NCBI GenBank assembly: GCA_046329535.1 | Contig: JAXLUN010000004.1 | Span: forward strand, 261,236-325,235 | Reading direction: 5' to 3' | Length of the DNA stretch: 64,000 nt | Source: Chitinophagales bacterium | GTDB taxonomy: Bacteria > Bacteroidota > Bacteroidia > Chitinophagales > LD1 | Shown here: piece by piece, positions 1 to 9,167 of the stretch | Layout of the letters: the number at the start of each line of letters is the position of its first letter | Position numbering within the stretch: position 1 is the stretch's first letter | Program-made: the position numbers and the translations under genes | Notes under the pieces: model-generated | Told to the model about the DNA's origin: nothing | The model's input: the letters and a program-made list of their open reading frames with translations, nothing else | Database searches by the model: none

Positions 1-2
1 CG

Positions 3-1580
3 AACAATGCTGAAACAAATGTATCCGCAACACTGGAAGGTTGTCACCACCGCATATCGGCACTCAGCTGGCGGGTAAACGGAACATACAAGCGGGCCGG
101 TAATTCAAGAGCTCCGCAATACTGGTTAGGTAATACAGGTATTGAAGAAGGAGACTTTTCATTGGCCGCTGGGTATAAAAAATCCAAAGCAGGCATAGAA
201 GTGTACTATTCACGATTTCAAACACATCTCGGTATTTTAAGAGCAGCGCACTCCGGAAATCTCACCGATTTACTCCAGGCTATTGAACGGGGAAACCCAT
301 TGCAGCAAGATCAGTTTAGTTACACCATTGCTAAACCTTATCAAGTTGTGGTTCATCACCTGGCCAAAGCAAGAGCGTATTTTCAAACCCGCAACCTGGG
401 CGATTTATCGCTTACCTTTTCATTTCAAAACAATGTGCGCAAAGAATATGATATAGCCGGAGCCGCTGTAACGGATAAACAGCGCCCTGCTTTTTATTTT
501 CAGGTTCAAACCTTTAATCTGGATGCCGAATGGCAACACCAAACGGCCAAACACATCACCGGAAGTGTGGGTATCAATGCCAATACGCAAACCAACAACT
601 TTAAGTACTCCTACTTCATCCCCGATTTTTGGAATTTTGGAGCAGGTGCTTTTTGGGTAGAGAGATTTGTAAAAGATAAGTTTGAACTGGAAGGCGGCCT
701 TCGGTTTGATTATAAATGGGGGCAGTATTTTATTCGTACTACCTCACAGCAGTACGATACTTCACTCAACTTTTATGCCCCCAGTGGCAATATTGGTTTA
801 GAGTATCACCCTGTGCAAAACCTGGTTTGGCGGGTTAATTTGGGGTCGGCATTTCGTGCTCCGGCTCCAAATGAGCTGTTTGCCTTTGGGGTACATCATG
901 GGGCAGCAACCTTTGAAACAGGTAACCGAAACCTAAGACCTGAGCAGAGCTTTAACCTCAGTACTTCAGTCAACTACCAATCCGATTTTTTAACGATAAA
1001 TGCAGAGTTATATACCAACTACATCCGGCATTTCATCAATCTCATCCCGGTGCAGCCTGCCCGGCTCACCATTCGCGGTGCGTTCCCTTCATTTGAGTAT
1101 CGGCAGCAGAACGTGTGGCTCAGCGGGGCCGATTTAGATTGGGCACTGCATCCGCAAAAAGGACTGGATTTTTACAACAAAACATCGCTGCTTTTTGCCC
1201 GAAACTTAAATACTAATGACTGGCTGGAACAAATGCCCCCTATTCGGTTTGAAAACGGAGTAAGATATACGGCCCAAATCAACAAAAAAGTAAAAGAAGT
1301 TTTTGTGGCAGTAAGCGTGGTCAATGTTTTAAAACAAACCTTTTTGCCAACACTGACCAACGACTACGCACCGCCACCACCCGCTTACTGGCTGCTTAAT
1401 TTCGAAACCGGAATGAACTTTATCATAGCTCGACACAACGCTTCGTTGACTTTGAATTTAGATAATGCTGCCAATTTTAATTATCGAGATTATCTCGATC
1501 GTTTTCGGTACTATACCGATGCTCGCGGTATCAACTGCGGGCTTCGTTTTAAATGGAATTTTTTTATCCCCGAACATTAA
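3..1580 (+). CDS. TonB-dependent receptor, C-terminal beta-barrel portion (5' end lies left of the window)
   Basis: The frame of ORF 162..1580 stays open back to base 3, so the listed TTG at 162 is not the real start. Barrel-type alternating strands, an FRAPAPNELF motif and an aromatic-rich C-terminus (GLRFKWNFF). Confidence 0.85.
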   Translation, partial: NNAETNVSATLEGCHHRISALSWRVNGTYKRAGNSRAPQYWLGNTGIEEGDFSLAAGYKKSKAGIEVYYSRFQTHLGILRAAHSGNLTDLLQAIERGNPLQQDQFSYTIAKPYQVVVHHLAKARAYFQTRNLGDLSLTFSFQNNVRKEYDIAGAAVTDKQRPAFYFQVQTFNLDAEWQHQTAKHITGSVGINANTQTNNFKYSYFIPDFWNFGAGAFWVERFVKDKFELEGGLRFDYKWGQYFIRTTSQQYDTSLNFYAPSGNIGLEYHPVQNLVWRVNLGSAFRAPAPNELFAFGVHHGAATFETGNRNLRPEQSFNLSTSVNYQSDFLTINAELYTNYIRHFINLIPVQPARLTIRGAFPSFEYRQQNVWLSGADLDWALHPQKGLDFYNKTSLLFARNLNTNDWLEQMPPIRFENGVRYTAQINKKVKEVFVAVSVVNVLKQTFLPTLTNDYAPPPPAYWLLNFETGMNFIIARHNASLTLNLDNAANFNYRDYLDRFRYYTDARGINCGLRFKWNFFIPEH

Positions 1581-1604
1581 TTCATTTCAAAAAATTAAAA
1601 TCAC

Positions 1605-2183
1605 ATGAAAAAAACAAACTTAAAATCAGCCTTGTTAACACTTACCGTTTTCCTAATACTCACCGGCTTGCTTAACTCCTGCAAACCCAAATGTGAGCGC
1701 CACCCCGAAGACCCCGAATGCGCTGGTGAAAATGAGCTGATTACTACCTTAAAAGTCACATTCACCGATTCTGCCACTGGAAATGCAGCCGGAGTATTCC
1801 AATTCAAAGATGCTGATGGCAACGGTTCTCCCGAAATATTTGATACTATCCGGTTGGCTGCTAACAAGACCTATCGGGCCGAGTTGCAGTTCTTGAATGA
1901 ATCAGTAAGCCCCGCTGAAAACATTACAGATGAGATTGAAGCAGAAAATAACGACCATTTCATCGCTTATCATGCCCATACACTCACCATTACATTTACT
2001 TATATAGACTTTGACAGCAACACACCATCGTTGCCTGTTGGCTTACAAACATACTGGCAAACAGGTCCTGCGGCCACCGGTACAGCACATATTACTTTAC
2101 GGCACCAGCCGGGCGTAAAAGACGGTACCGAAACCCCCGGTGATACCGATGCTGAGGTAGAGTTTCCGGTTATACTTCAATAA
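1605..2183 (+). CDS. Lipoprotein of unknown function, 24 nt downstream of the TonB-dependent receptor gene
   Basis: Signal peptide ending in lipobox LLNSC. Co-oriented and tightly spaced with the receptor gene. No family recognised. Confidence 0.6.
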   Translation: MKKTNLKSALLTLTVFLILTGLLNSCKPKCERHPEDPECAGENELITTLKVTFTDSATGNAAGVFQFKDADGNGSPEIFDTIRLAANKTYRAELQFLNESVSPAENITDEIEAENNDHFIAYHAHTLTITFTYIDFDSNTPSLPVGLQTYWQTGPAATGTAHITLRHQPGVKDGTETPGDTDAEVEFPVILQ

Positions 2184-2347
2184 GTAAGGGGACAAATTTC
2201 ATACAAGTACTAGTCTCACCTACTGGTAATCGCGTGTTTTAGTCATCTAAGTCACTCAACACCCATCAAGGTGATTGACCATGGGGCGAAACTTCAGTGC
2301 GAAAGTTTTTTTTCCGTAACAGTTTACTGTGAAACCGACACACCGGA

Positions 2348-2385
2348 AACAAGGGCGCCCCTAGGCAGGGCGTCCTTGTTTTATC
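2348..2385 (+). terminator. GC-rich hairpin with T-run, candidate terminator of the receptor/lipoprotein unit
   Basis: AACAAGGGCGCCC pairs with GGGCGTCCTTGTT (12 of 13) around a 7-nt loop, followed by TTTTAT. A weaker AAACTT/AAGTTT hairpin with a T8 run lies at 2289-2313. Confidence 0.45.
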
Positions 2386-2411
2386 TCCCCAAAACAGCCT
2401 GTAAGAACCTG

Positions 2412-2621
2412 TTTAGAAACCCTCCAAACCGGTTTAGAAATACACCAAATCCATTTAGAAACAGGCAAAACTGGTTTAGAAGCAAGCCAAATTCATTTAG
2501 AAGCCCTCTAAATTGGTTTAGAAACACACCAAATTCCTTTAGAAAAGCTCAAAATCGGTTTAGAAGACCTCCAAATCGATTTAGAAACTCTCTAAACTTA
2601 TTTAGAAGAGACAAAAAATGA
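2412..2621. repeat. Tandem array, 10 x 21 bp, invariant TTTAGAA core
   Basis: TTTAGAA starts at 2412, 2433, 2454, 2475, 2496, 2517, 2538, 2559, 2580 and 2601, with exact 21-nt spacing. The remaining 14 nt vary around RCnCTCCAAAtynG. Confidence 0.9.
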
Positions 2622-2786
2622 TTCTGAAACCAGCGGAAATAAATTCGAGCCCCACCTGAATTCAGGTCATAAATTCTTATCACATTTCTTAAGTCGCAAC
2701 ATGAATTCTTAGCAAATAGTTAGCATAGCCTAGGTATGGCAGATAACACCAAATTACTGGGTACCAGCCAAAAAGCCGGCAAGTAT

Positions 2787-3200
2787 TTATGAATTCCAAA
2801 CAAACTCCACCACCTGTTTAATATCAGGGTGAAGCGAAACCGCCACCGGGCAGGTGCGGGCGGTGTTTTCTAAAACGGTTTTGTCTTTATCGCTAAACTC
2901 ATTGGGCGCAAACACTATTCGCACATGCACCTCCCCAATTCTGCGGGGCTCGGCATACATCACCTTGGTTATTTCCACCTGAGTACCCACCAGTTCGCTG
3001 TCGCGGCCCTGTAGTTTCATCTTAATACCCATCAGGCTGATCATGCAACTGCCCAAAGCCGATGCCACTAAGTCGGTAGGAGAGAAGGCCTCCCCCTTGC
3101 CATGATTATCGGTGGGGGCATCGGTAATCACCTGTGTGCTGCTTTGCAGGTGAGTCATTTGGGTGCGTAAATCGCCTTGGTATAGAATGGTTGATGTCAT
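2787..3200 (-). CDS. OsmC/Ohr family peroxiredoxin-like protein
   Basis: 137 aa. SPTDLVASALGSCM and ARTCPV motifs carry the two conserved Cys typical of the OsmC family. Confidence 0.8.
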   Translation of the reverse strand: MTSTILYQGDLRTQMTHLQSSTQVITDAPTDNHGKGEAFSPTDLVASALGSCMISLMGIKMKLQGRDSELVGTQVEITKVMYAEPRRIGEVHVRIVFAPNEFSDKDKTVLENTARTCPVAVSLHPDIKQVVEFVWNS

Positions 3201-3302
3201 AGCTGCTGGAAAATATTTGGGGGTGAATGGAATTGTTTTTTGTTTTCGGTTTCAAACATAAATGAAAACAATTTCGTTTTTACTTTGTAATATTGATTCA
3301 GC

Positions 3303-4058
3303 ATGTTGAAAAAACTCCCGCTTCTCTTGTTGTTGATAGTTGCCTTGTTTCAGGCTCGGGCCCAAAAAGGTGCTAACCGTATAGACATGCAGGATTACCA
3401 ATACAAGCATGAGGCCTCGGGTGGGTTACGTATTCAAACCAACGGCATCTCGCTGTATGGTGAGTTTGGCTGGATAAAAGATATTTACCGCACCCGCATT
3501 CTGCAACTGGAATACACATACTACATTGATTACCGGCAGAAGAAACAGAAAGCCCCCTCACAAAGTGGGCGCGATTATCTATACGGCTTTCAAAACCGCT
3601 TTCACGAAATTAATCTCAGCTATGGTATTAAGCGAACCATAGCCGACAAAGCCAGCAGAAACGGAGTGCGTCTCAGCTTTATTTTCTTCGGTGGTGTCTC
3701 ACTTGGCCTGCTCAAACCCTATTATCTCCAACTACTTCAACCAACCGATGGCGGAATTCCGCAATCTAAACCCGAGCGATACTCCACCGCCAATGCCGAC
3801 CGTTTCTTAAGTAAAGATTCCATCACCGGGGCTGCCCCTATTCGCTATGGCCTGAACCAGATGGAGCCGGTGCCTGGTTTACATCTCAAAAGCGGTCTCA
3901 ACTTCGACTGGGGCACCAAAGATGAATACGTTAAAGCTCTGGAAGCCGGCATAGCGCTGAACCTATATTACAAACGCCTGCCTATCATGGTTAATAACAG
4001 CAACCGCTTTTATCAGATAGCCTTATATCTATCCTTCCACTTTGGCAAACGCTGGTAG
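3303..4058 (+). CDS. Secreted or outer-membrane protein of unknown function
   Basis: N-terminal signal peptide (LLLLLIVALFQARAQ) and aromatic-rich strand-like segments ending in FHFGKRW. No family recognised. Confidence 0.5.
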   Translation: MLKKLPLLLLLIVALFQARAQKGANRIDMQDYQYKHEASGGLRIQTNGISLYGEFGWIKDIYRTRILQLEYTYYIDYRQKKQKAPSQSGRDYLYGFQNRFHEINLSYGIKRTIADKASRNGVRLSFIFFGGVSLGLLKPYYLQLLQPTDGGIPQSKPERYSTANADRFLSKDSITGAAPIRYGLNQMEPVPGLHLKSGLNFDWGTKDEYVKALEAGIALNLYYKRLPIMVNNSNRFYQIALYLSFHFGKRW

Positions 4059-4099
4059 CTCTCTCTAATCCCTTCATTTTAGAGTCTGTATAAAGCTGC

Positions 4100-4129
4100 T
4101 TTGTTATTGAGTTTTTAAGTATAGATTTG
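4100..4129 (+). promoter_or_regulatory. Candidate Bacteroidota sigma-A promoter for the CotH-family gene
   Basis: TTTG at 4100-4103, an 18-nt spacer, then TAGATTTG (TAnnTTTG -7 box) at 4122-4129, 23 nt before the ATG at 4152. Confidence 0.4.
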
Positions 4130-4151
4130 ATGATGTTTATTAAACTAAGTT

Positions 4152-7100
4152 ATGCAACCGATTAAACACTTTCTTGTTTTCATTTTATTATACGCATCAC
4201 AATTTGTTTCTGCCCAGGTAGTCATCAACGAATATTCGGCTGCCAACAAAAGCAATTATGCCGTAGCCGGTGAATACGAAGACTGGATAGAGCTTTACAA
4301 TACAAGCGCAAGCGTTGCCAACATAGGTGGCTATCACCTAAGCGATAACCGAATGGACCCTCTCAAATGGACTATACCCGCTGGGGTTACCATTCCCGCC
4401 AACGGCCGTAAGGTTTTTCTCTGTTCCTCCAAAGATGCCCTTATTGGTGGTGTATACCACACCAATTTCAAACTGACACAATCAAACTATACCGAAGAAG
4501 TTTGCTTCACCGATGCAGCCGGAGCTTTTATCGACTCGCTGAGTATTATTCCTAACCGTAAAAATCAATCACGAGGTCGGGCTACAGATGGTTCTCCCAA
4601 CTGGCGGGTGTTTACCACACCAACACCCAATGCTTCCAATGCGGGGCAAACAGCTTATCTGGAATATGTTCCTAAACCGCAGTTCAGCATACCGGCCGGT
4701 TTTTATTCAGGGGCACAAACATTAACACTCACCTGCTCCCTGCCAAACAGTACCATTTATTACACCACCAATGGCTCCGTGCCAACCAACACGGCATCGG
4801 CAACCAATTTTCTTTACACCGGGCCTATTTCTATTCCGGCAACCAAAACATTTCGCGCTCGTGCCTTTGATCCGTCAAATGCCTATGCCGCAAGTTTTAC
4901 TGTAACCAATACCTATTTTATTAACGAACCGGCTCACAGTTATCCTATATGGACCGTGAGTGGAAGCATGACTAACTTCTTTGCAACCGGAAATGAAACA
5001 GAAGTAAGCGTAGAATATTTTGGAACCGATAACTCGCGTATTTTTCAAATGGAAGGCGACATTCGTCAGCACGGAAACGACTCCTGGGCCTATCCTCAAA
5101 AGGGGATGCGCTTTTACGTACGTGATGAATACGGCTACGCCAATAAAATAGACTGCCAGTTGTTTCCTACCTCTCCACGTACCGACTTTGATGTGGTCAT
5201 CATTAAAGCAGCCGGCTCCGATAACTTTGATGGAAACAGCGGACCAAGCTGCCACACCCGCGATGCGTATGTACAAACACTTGCCGAAAAATTCGATTTG
5301 AATGTAGATGTGAGACGTTTTAAAAATGCACTCACCTTTGTTAATGGCCAGTACTGGGGGATATATGAAACCCGCGAAAGAATAGATGCAGACTATACTG
5401 AATACTATTATAACCAAAGCCAGAAATGGGTAGACATGCTGGCTTATTGGGGAGGCTTAACCATTGATGAGGGAAGCGATACGGCCTGGGTAAATCTATT
5501 CAACTACATTGTAGCTAACAACATGGCGGTGCAGAGTAATTACAATTACGTTATTCAGCGTTTAGACCCCATGAGTTTGATTGATTACTTTGTATTGAAT
5601 ACCTACACGGTTAACTCCGACTGGCTGAACTGGAATACGGCTTGGTGGCGTGGTAGAAAAACTCCCAACAATGTGCGATGGAAATACCGTCTTTGGGACC
5701 AGGATAATACTTTCGATTTAGGAGAGAACTATACCGGCTTACCCACCACCGGTAATACGGCCGACCCCTGCGATGTGCAAACCATTCCTCAGTTTTCAAA
5801 TACCAACGACCCGGAGATTGGGCACGTGCGCATTTTCAACAAGTTGATGCAGAATCCGACTTTCGAACAGATGTATATCAATCGCTATTCCGATTTGATT
5901 AATACTGCTTTCTATTGTCAGAATATGTTGAACCATTTTGACACTATGATAGCCCGGCTTCAACCGGAAATGCAAAGACACTGCACCCGTTGGTCGGCTA
6001 GCTACAATACCTGGTTGCAGAATGTAACCTATACACGCAATCAAATTGCAGGTCGTTGTAATAATGTTGTTACCGGTTTGGGGCCTTGCTACAGCGTTAC
6101 AGGGCCTTACCCGGTTACGGTCAATGTTTATCCGGCTTGCGCAGGAACCGTTACCGTTAACTCCTTGATTCCTGATGAGTATCCCTATCACGGAAACTAT
6201 TACGGAGGTGTTAACCAGAGTTTCGAGGCACATCCTGCAACCGGCTGGCAGTTTGACCATTGGACCACTATCAGCCATACCATACAACCATCTGCCTCAG
6301 CCGATAGTATCTGGTTTGATTTAGGCAATACGGGTGATTCAGTGGTAGCGGTGTTTACTCAAATTAACCCAACTCCCGGCAATTTAACGGTACAGATATT
6401 TGGCAATAGCCCCGGTGCTGTAAATATCAATGGAGTTCCGGTTACTAACGGGCAGGTAGTTCAATATAATCTTGGCTCACAGTTGAATGTAGCAGCAACT
6501 CCGGTACCAGGATGTTCGTTTAATCATTGGGAAGCAGGAAACAGCCTGGTATATCCTGTAGATACATTACCAACCGGATACTTCTGTTTTAGGCAGGATG
6601 ATGTACTGAAAGTTTATTTCGATCAGTGTAATGTATTACTGGATACTAATTATTTAACAGTAATTGTTGTGCAGCCCGGATATGGTAATGTAACCATTAA
6701 CTCAATTCCGGTTCCTGCACCGGTTACTATTCCGATTCCTGATAACACCCTGTTGAACATTGCAGCAACGGCCAATACCGGATATACATTTACAAACTGG
6801 GCAATGAGTCACCATACCGTAAATCCGAATAATACAACAGCCCTCGGAAGTTTTACACTCACTCAAGATGATACCTTGTATGCCTACTTTACAGCTCCCG
6901 ATACATTTGATTTAACGGTATTGGTAAATCCTGTGGGCAGTGGTGATGTAGTAGTGAACGGAGTAACGCCCGGAGCCTATCCGCTCACCTTCTCTTTTAT
7001 TGACGGCACTCCTGTGAATTTAATAGCCGTAGCTGCCAGTGGGTATACTTTTGCTAACTGGACCCTATCGCACAACACGCTGAATCCAAATAACACATCG

Positions 7101-8570
7101 GCCAATGCAGCTTTTAATATTACAGCCGATGATACCCTTGTTGCCAACTTTATTCTGAATCCCACACCCGATACATTTTACCTGACCGTATTAGTCAACC
7201 CGGGCGGAGGAGGTAATATTAGCCTGAATGGTACTACTCCCGCTTCTTATCCTACAATATTGAAATATGTAGATGGCACTTTGATCAACATTTTAGCTAC
7301 TGCAACAGTTGGTTATTCATTTGCCAACTGGACCTTGCTGCATCATTCTATTACCCCTGGTAATACCTCGGCTAATGGGAACTTCGCAATTACTGCAAGC
7401 GATACGCTTATTGCCAATTTTACAATTAACCCATTGCCTCCCGATACATTTACATTAACCGTGCTGGTAAACCCTGCCGGAGGCGGTAATGTGACGGTGA
7501 ATAGTAACACACTTACTTCTTTCCCAACCACATTACAGTTTGTAGACGGTACACAGATTAATGTAGCCGCGATACAAAACGTTGGATATACATTTTCAAA
7601 CTGGAATTTATTACATCATACGCTCAATCCGGGTAATACCTCGGTGAATGCCGGTTTTATCCTTACGCAGAATGATACGTTAACCGCTAACTTTACTTTG
7701 AATCCCAGTATAGATACCTTCAAGGTAACTATACAGTCATTTCCTGTAAATGGCGGAAGTGTAAATGTGAATGGAAATGTTTACAATACTTATCCTTCTG
7801 AGTTTTTTGTACCGGGAAATACCTTGTTAAACGTAACGGCATTACCTGCACCTGGCTATAAATTCAATTACTGGCATGTGGTGAACCAAGCTGCTCTGCC
7901 TAATGACACAACTAACCCGATGAGCTTTACCGTGGTGCAGAGTGATACCATTTATGTGTTTTTTGAAGCATTACCACCTATTCCTCCTGATTCATTCAAT
8001 ATTGTAGTGAATGTAAAACCGAATGTATTGGCAGGCGATGTGAAAGTGGCTGGTTTTATTCCACCTACTTATCCATACACTTTCCGTTTTGAAACAGGAA
8101 CGCAGGTAGACTTTGAAGCTATCGGAAATATTCTAACGGGGTCTTCTCAAACTTACAACTATGTTTTTGACCGCTACGAGTTTATCTATCACAATCCAAT
8201 CCCGAATAACACAACTCCAATTGTATTTATTCAGGTGCAGCAGCCCGATACAGTTATTGCCTATTTTACTGATAAGCCCCTTAGTAGTGATACTTCTTTA
8301 CAAATCTGGATTCCATCTGCATTTACACCCGATGGGGTAAACACAGTTTTTCGTTTACATCCACAAAGCGAAACACTGGCAGATTATTCCATGCAGATAT
8401 ATAACCGCTGGGGGCAGAAGGTGTTTGAATCCAACAGTCAGGCGCATGGATGGAATGGGGAGTTTAATAATCAGCGTTGCGAATTGGGAGTATATACTTA
8501 CATCCTGATAGCTAAACGCATGAACGGAGACGAAGTGATACGTAAAGGAACGGTCACTCTGATTCGTTAA
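4152..8570 (+). CDS. CotH kinase family protein with N-terminal lamin-tail domain, InlB-B-like repeats and T9SS type B sorting domain
   Basis: Signal peptide. Lamin-tail-like VVINEYSA...DWIELYN...GYHLSD. CotH-like GMRFYVRDEYGY, FVNGQYWGIYETRERID and WKYRLWDQDNTFD. About 9 repeats of ~90 aa with GYTFxNW...NTS. C-terminus IPSAFTPDG...YNRWGQKVFE...WNGE...GVYTYIL matches the gliding-motility C-terminal domain. Confidence 0.85.
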   Translation: MQPIKHFLVFILLYASQFVSAQVVINEYSAANKSNYAVAGEYEDWIELYNTSASVANIGGYHLSDNRMDPLKWTIPAGVTIPANGRKVFLCSSKDALIGGVYHTNFKLTQSNYTEEVCFTDAAGAFIDSLSIIPNRKNQSRGRATDGSPNWRVFTTPTPNASNAGQTAYLEYVPKPQFSIPAGFYSGAQTLTLTCSLPNSTIYYTTNGSVPTNTASATNFLYTGPISIPATKTFRARAFDPSNAYAASFTVTNTYFINEPAHSYPIWTVSGSMTNFFATGNETEVSVEYFGTDNSRIFQMEGDIRQHGNDSWAYPQKGMRFYVRDEYGYANKIDCQLFPTSPRTDFDVVIIKAAGSDNFDGNSGPSCHTRDAYVQTLAEKFDLNVDVRRFKNALTFVNGQYWGIYETRERIDADYTEYYYNQSQKWVDMLAYWGGLTIDEGSDTAWVNLFNYIVANNMAVQSNYNYVIQRLDPMSLIDYFVLNTYTVNSDWLNWNTAWWRGRKTPNNVRWKYRLWDQDNTFDLGENYTGLPTTGNTADPCDVQTIPQFSNTNDPEIGHVRIFNKLMQNPTFEQMYINRYSDLINTAFYCQNMLNHFDTMIARLQPEMQRHCTRWSASYNTWLQNVTYTRNQIAGRCNNVVTGLGPCYSVTGPYPVTVNVYPACAGTVTVNSLIPDEYPYHGNYYGGVNQSFEAHPATGWQFDHWTTISHTIQPSASADSIWFDLGNTGDSVVAVFTQINPTPGNLTVQIFGNSPGAVNINGVPVTNGQVVQYNLGSQLNVAATPVPGCSFNHWEAGNSLVYPVDTLPTGYFCFRQDDVLKVYFDQCNVLLDTNYLTVIVVQPGYGNVTINSIPVPAPVTIPIPDNTLLNIAATANTGYTFTNWAMSHHTVNPNNTTALGSFTLTQDDTLYAYFTAPDTFDLTVLVNPVGSGDVVVNGVTPGAYPLTFSFIDGTPVNLIAVAASGYTFANWTLSHNTLNPNNTSANAAFNITADDTLVANFILNPTPDTFYLTVLVNPGGGGNISLNGTTPASYPTILKYVDGTLINILATATVGYSFANWTLLHHSITPGNTSANGNFAITASDTLIANFTINPLPPDTFTLTVLVNPAGGGNVTVNSNTLTSFPTTLQFVDGTQINVAAIQNVGYTFSNWNLLHHTLNPGNTSVNAGFILTQNDTLTANFTLNPSIDTFKVTIQSFPVNGGSVNVNGNVYNTYPSEFFVPGNTLLNVTALPAPGYKFNYWHVVNQAALPNDTTNPMSFTVVQSDTIYVFFEALPPIPPDSFNIVVNVKPNVLAGDVKVAGFIPPTYPYTFRFETGTQVDFEAIGNILTGSSQTYNYVFDRYEFIYHNPIPNNTTPIVFIQVQQPDTVIAYFTDKPLSSDTSLQIWIPSAFTPDGVNTVFRLHPQSETLADYSMQIYNRWGQKVFESNSQAHGWNGEFNNQRCELGVYTYILIAKRMNGDEVIRKGTVTLIR
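6897..7712 (+). repeat. Three tandem 270-273-bp coding modules with high DNA identity inside the CotH-family gene
   Basis: CCCGATACATTT recurs at 6897, 7167 and 7440. The encoded modules are PDTFxLTVLVNPxGGGNxxxNG...GYxFANWTLxHxxxNPxNTSAN...DTLxANF. More diverged copies flank them from about 6070 to 8170. Confidence 0.8.
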
Positions 8571-8646
8571 GACTTTGTTATCTATAGAAATAAGCAGAAA
8601 GGCTTTTCTCTCGGTTTTATTTTTCAATTAGGAAACCCAATAGATT

Positions 8647-9144
8647 ATGTCATATATTGAATCAAAAGTATTAGCAGATACTTTTCAGAAAACCCGCGAT
8701 TTGACTAAGTGGTATCTCAGTTTGCTGAAAGAAATTGCTCCTGAAATTCAATCGGAACTAAACGGACAGAAACTAAACAGTATTTACTGGCTGACTGCCC
8801 ATTTGGTTTGGGCAGAGAATTTTTTAATTATCAAAGCCACCGGAGGTAAAGGTTTAGAAATTCCCTGGCTGGAACATTATAAATTGGGAAGTGACGGCTC
8901 ATTGCACGATGCACGGGGAGATTTTAAATCATTATTAGCAGATATGAAAACGGTCCATGAAGCTTCGATGGGCCATCTGCTTACTTTGGATAATAAAACC
9001 CTGCATCAACCAAACCCGGTTGGTTTCGCCTTCGGAACAGATAATACGAATCGGATGATGATTATGCATGCTATACGCCACGAGGGTACGCATGTAGGCC
9101 AGCTGGGTTGGCTGTGTAAATTGCATGGAGTTAAAGCCATCTGA
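8647..9144 (+). CDS. DinB family protein
   Basis: 165 aa four-helix-bundle-sized protein with an HEGTHVGQL motif near the C-terminus, typical of DinB/YfiT-like proteins. Confidence 0.75.
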   Translation: MSYIESKVLADTFQKTRDLTKWYLSLLKEIAPEIQSELNGQKLNSIYWLTAHLVWAENFLIIKATGGKGLEIPWLEHYKLGSDGSLHDARGDFKSLLADMKTVHEASMGHLLTLDNKTLHQPNPVGFAFGTDNTNRMMIMHAIRHEGTHVGQLGWLCKLHGVKAI

Positions 9145-9167
9145 TTGCTGAATACTTATTTTTTTCT

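Noticed and set aside
2271-2621. 116-aa ORF encoding FRNxPNx heptad repeats
   Set aside because: It is simply the translation of the 21-bp tandem array (21 nt = 7 codons). It has no credible start context and no signal or domain features, and it lies between two convergent gene ends after terminator-like hairpins.
2412-2621. CRISPR array interpretation of the 21-bp and 42-bp arrays (also 50517-50872)
   Set aside because: Units abut directly with no unique spacers. The period is far shorter than repeat-plus-spacer lengths, and no cas genes occur in the window.
4875-6287. Antisense ORFs of 180, 66, 62 and 163 aa inside the CotH-family gene
   Set aside because: They lie entirely within a long, motif-supported CDS on the opposite strand. 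Their low-complexity translations have no recognisable features.
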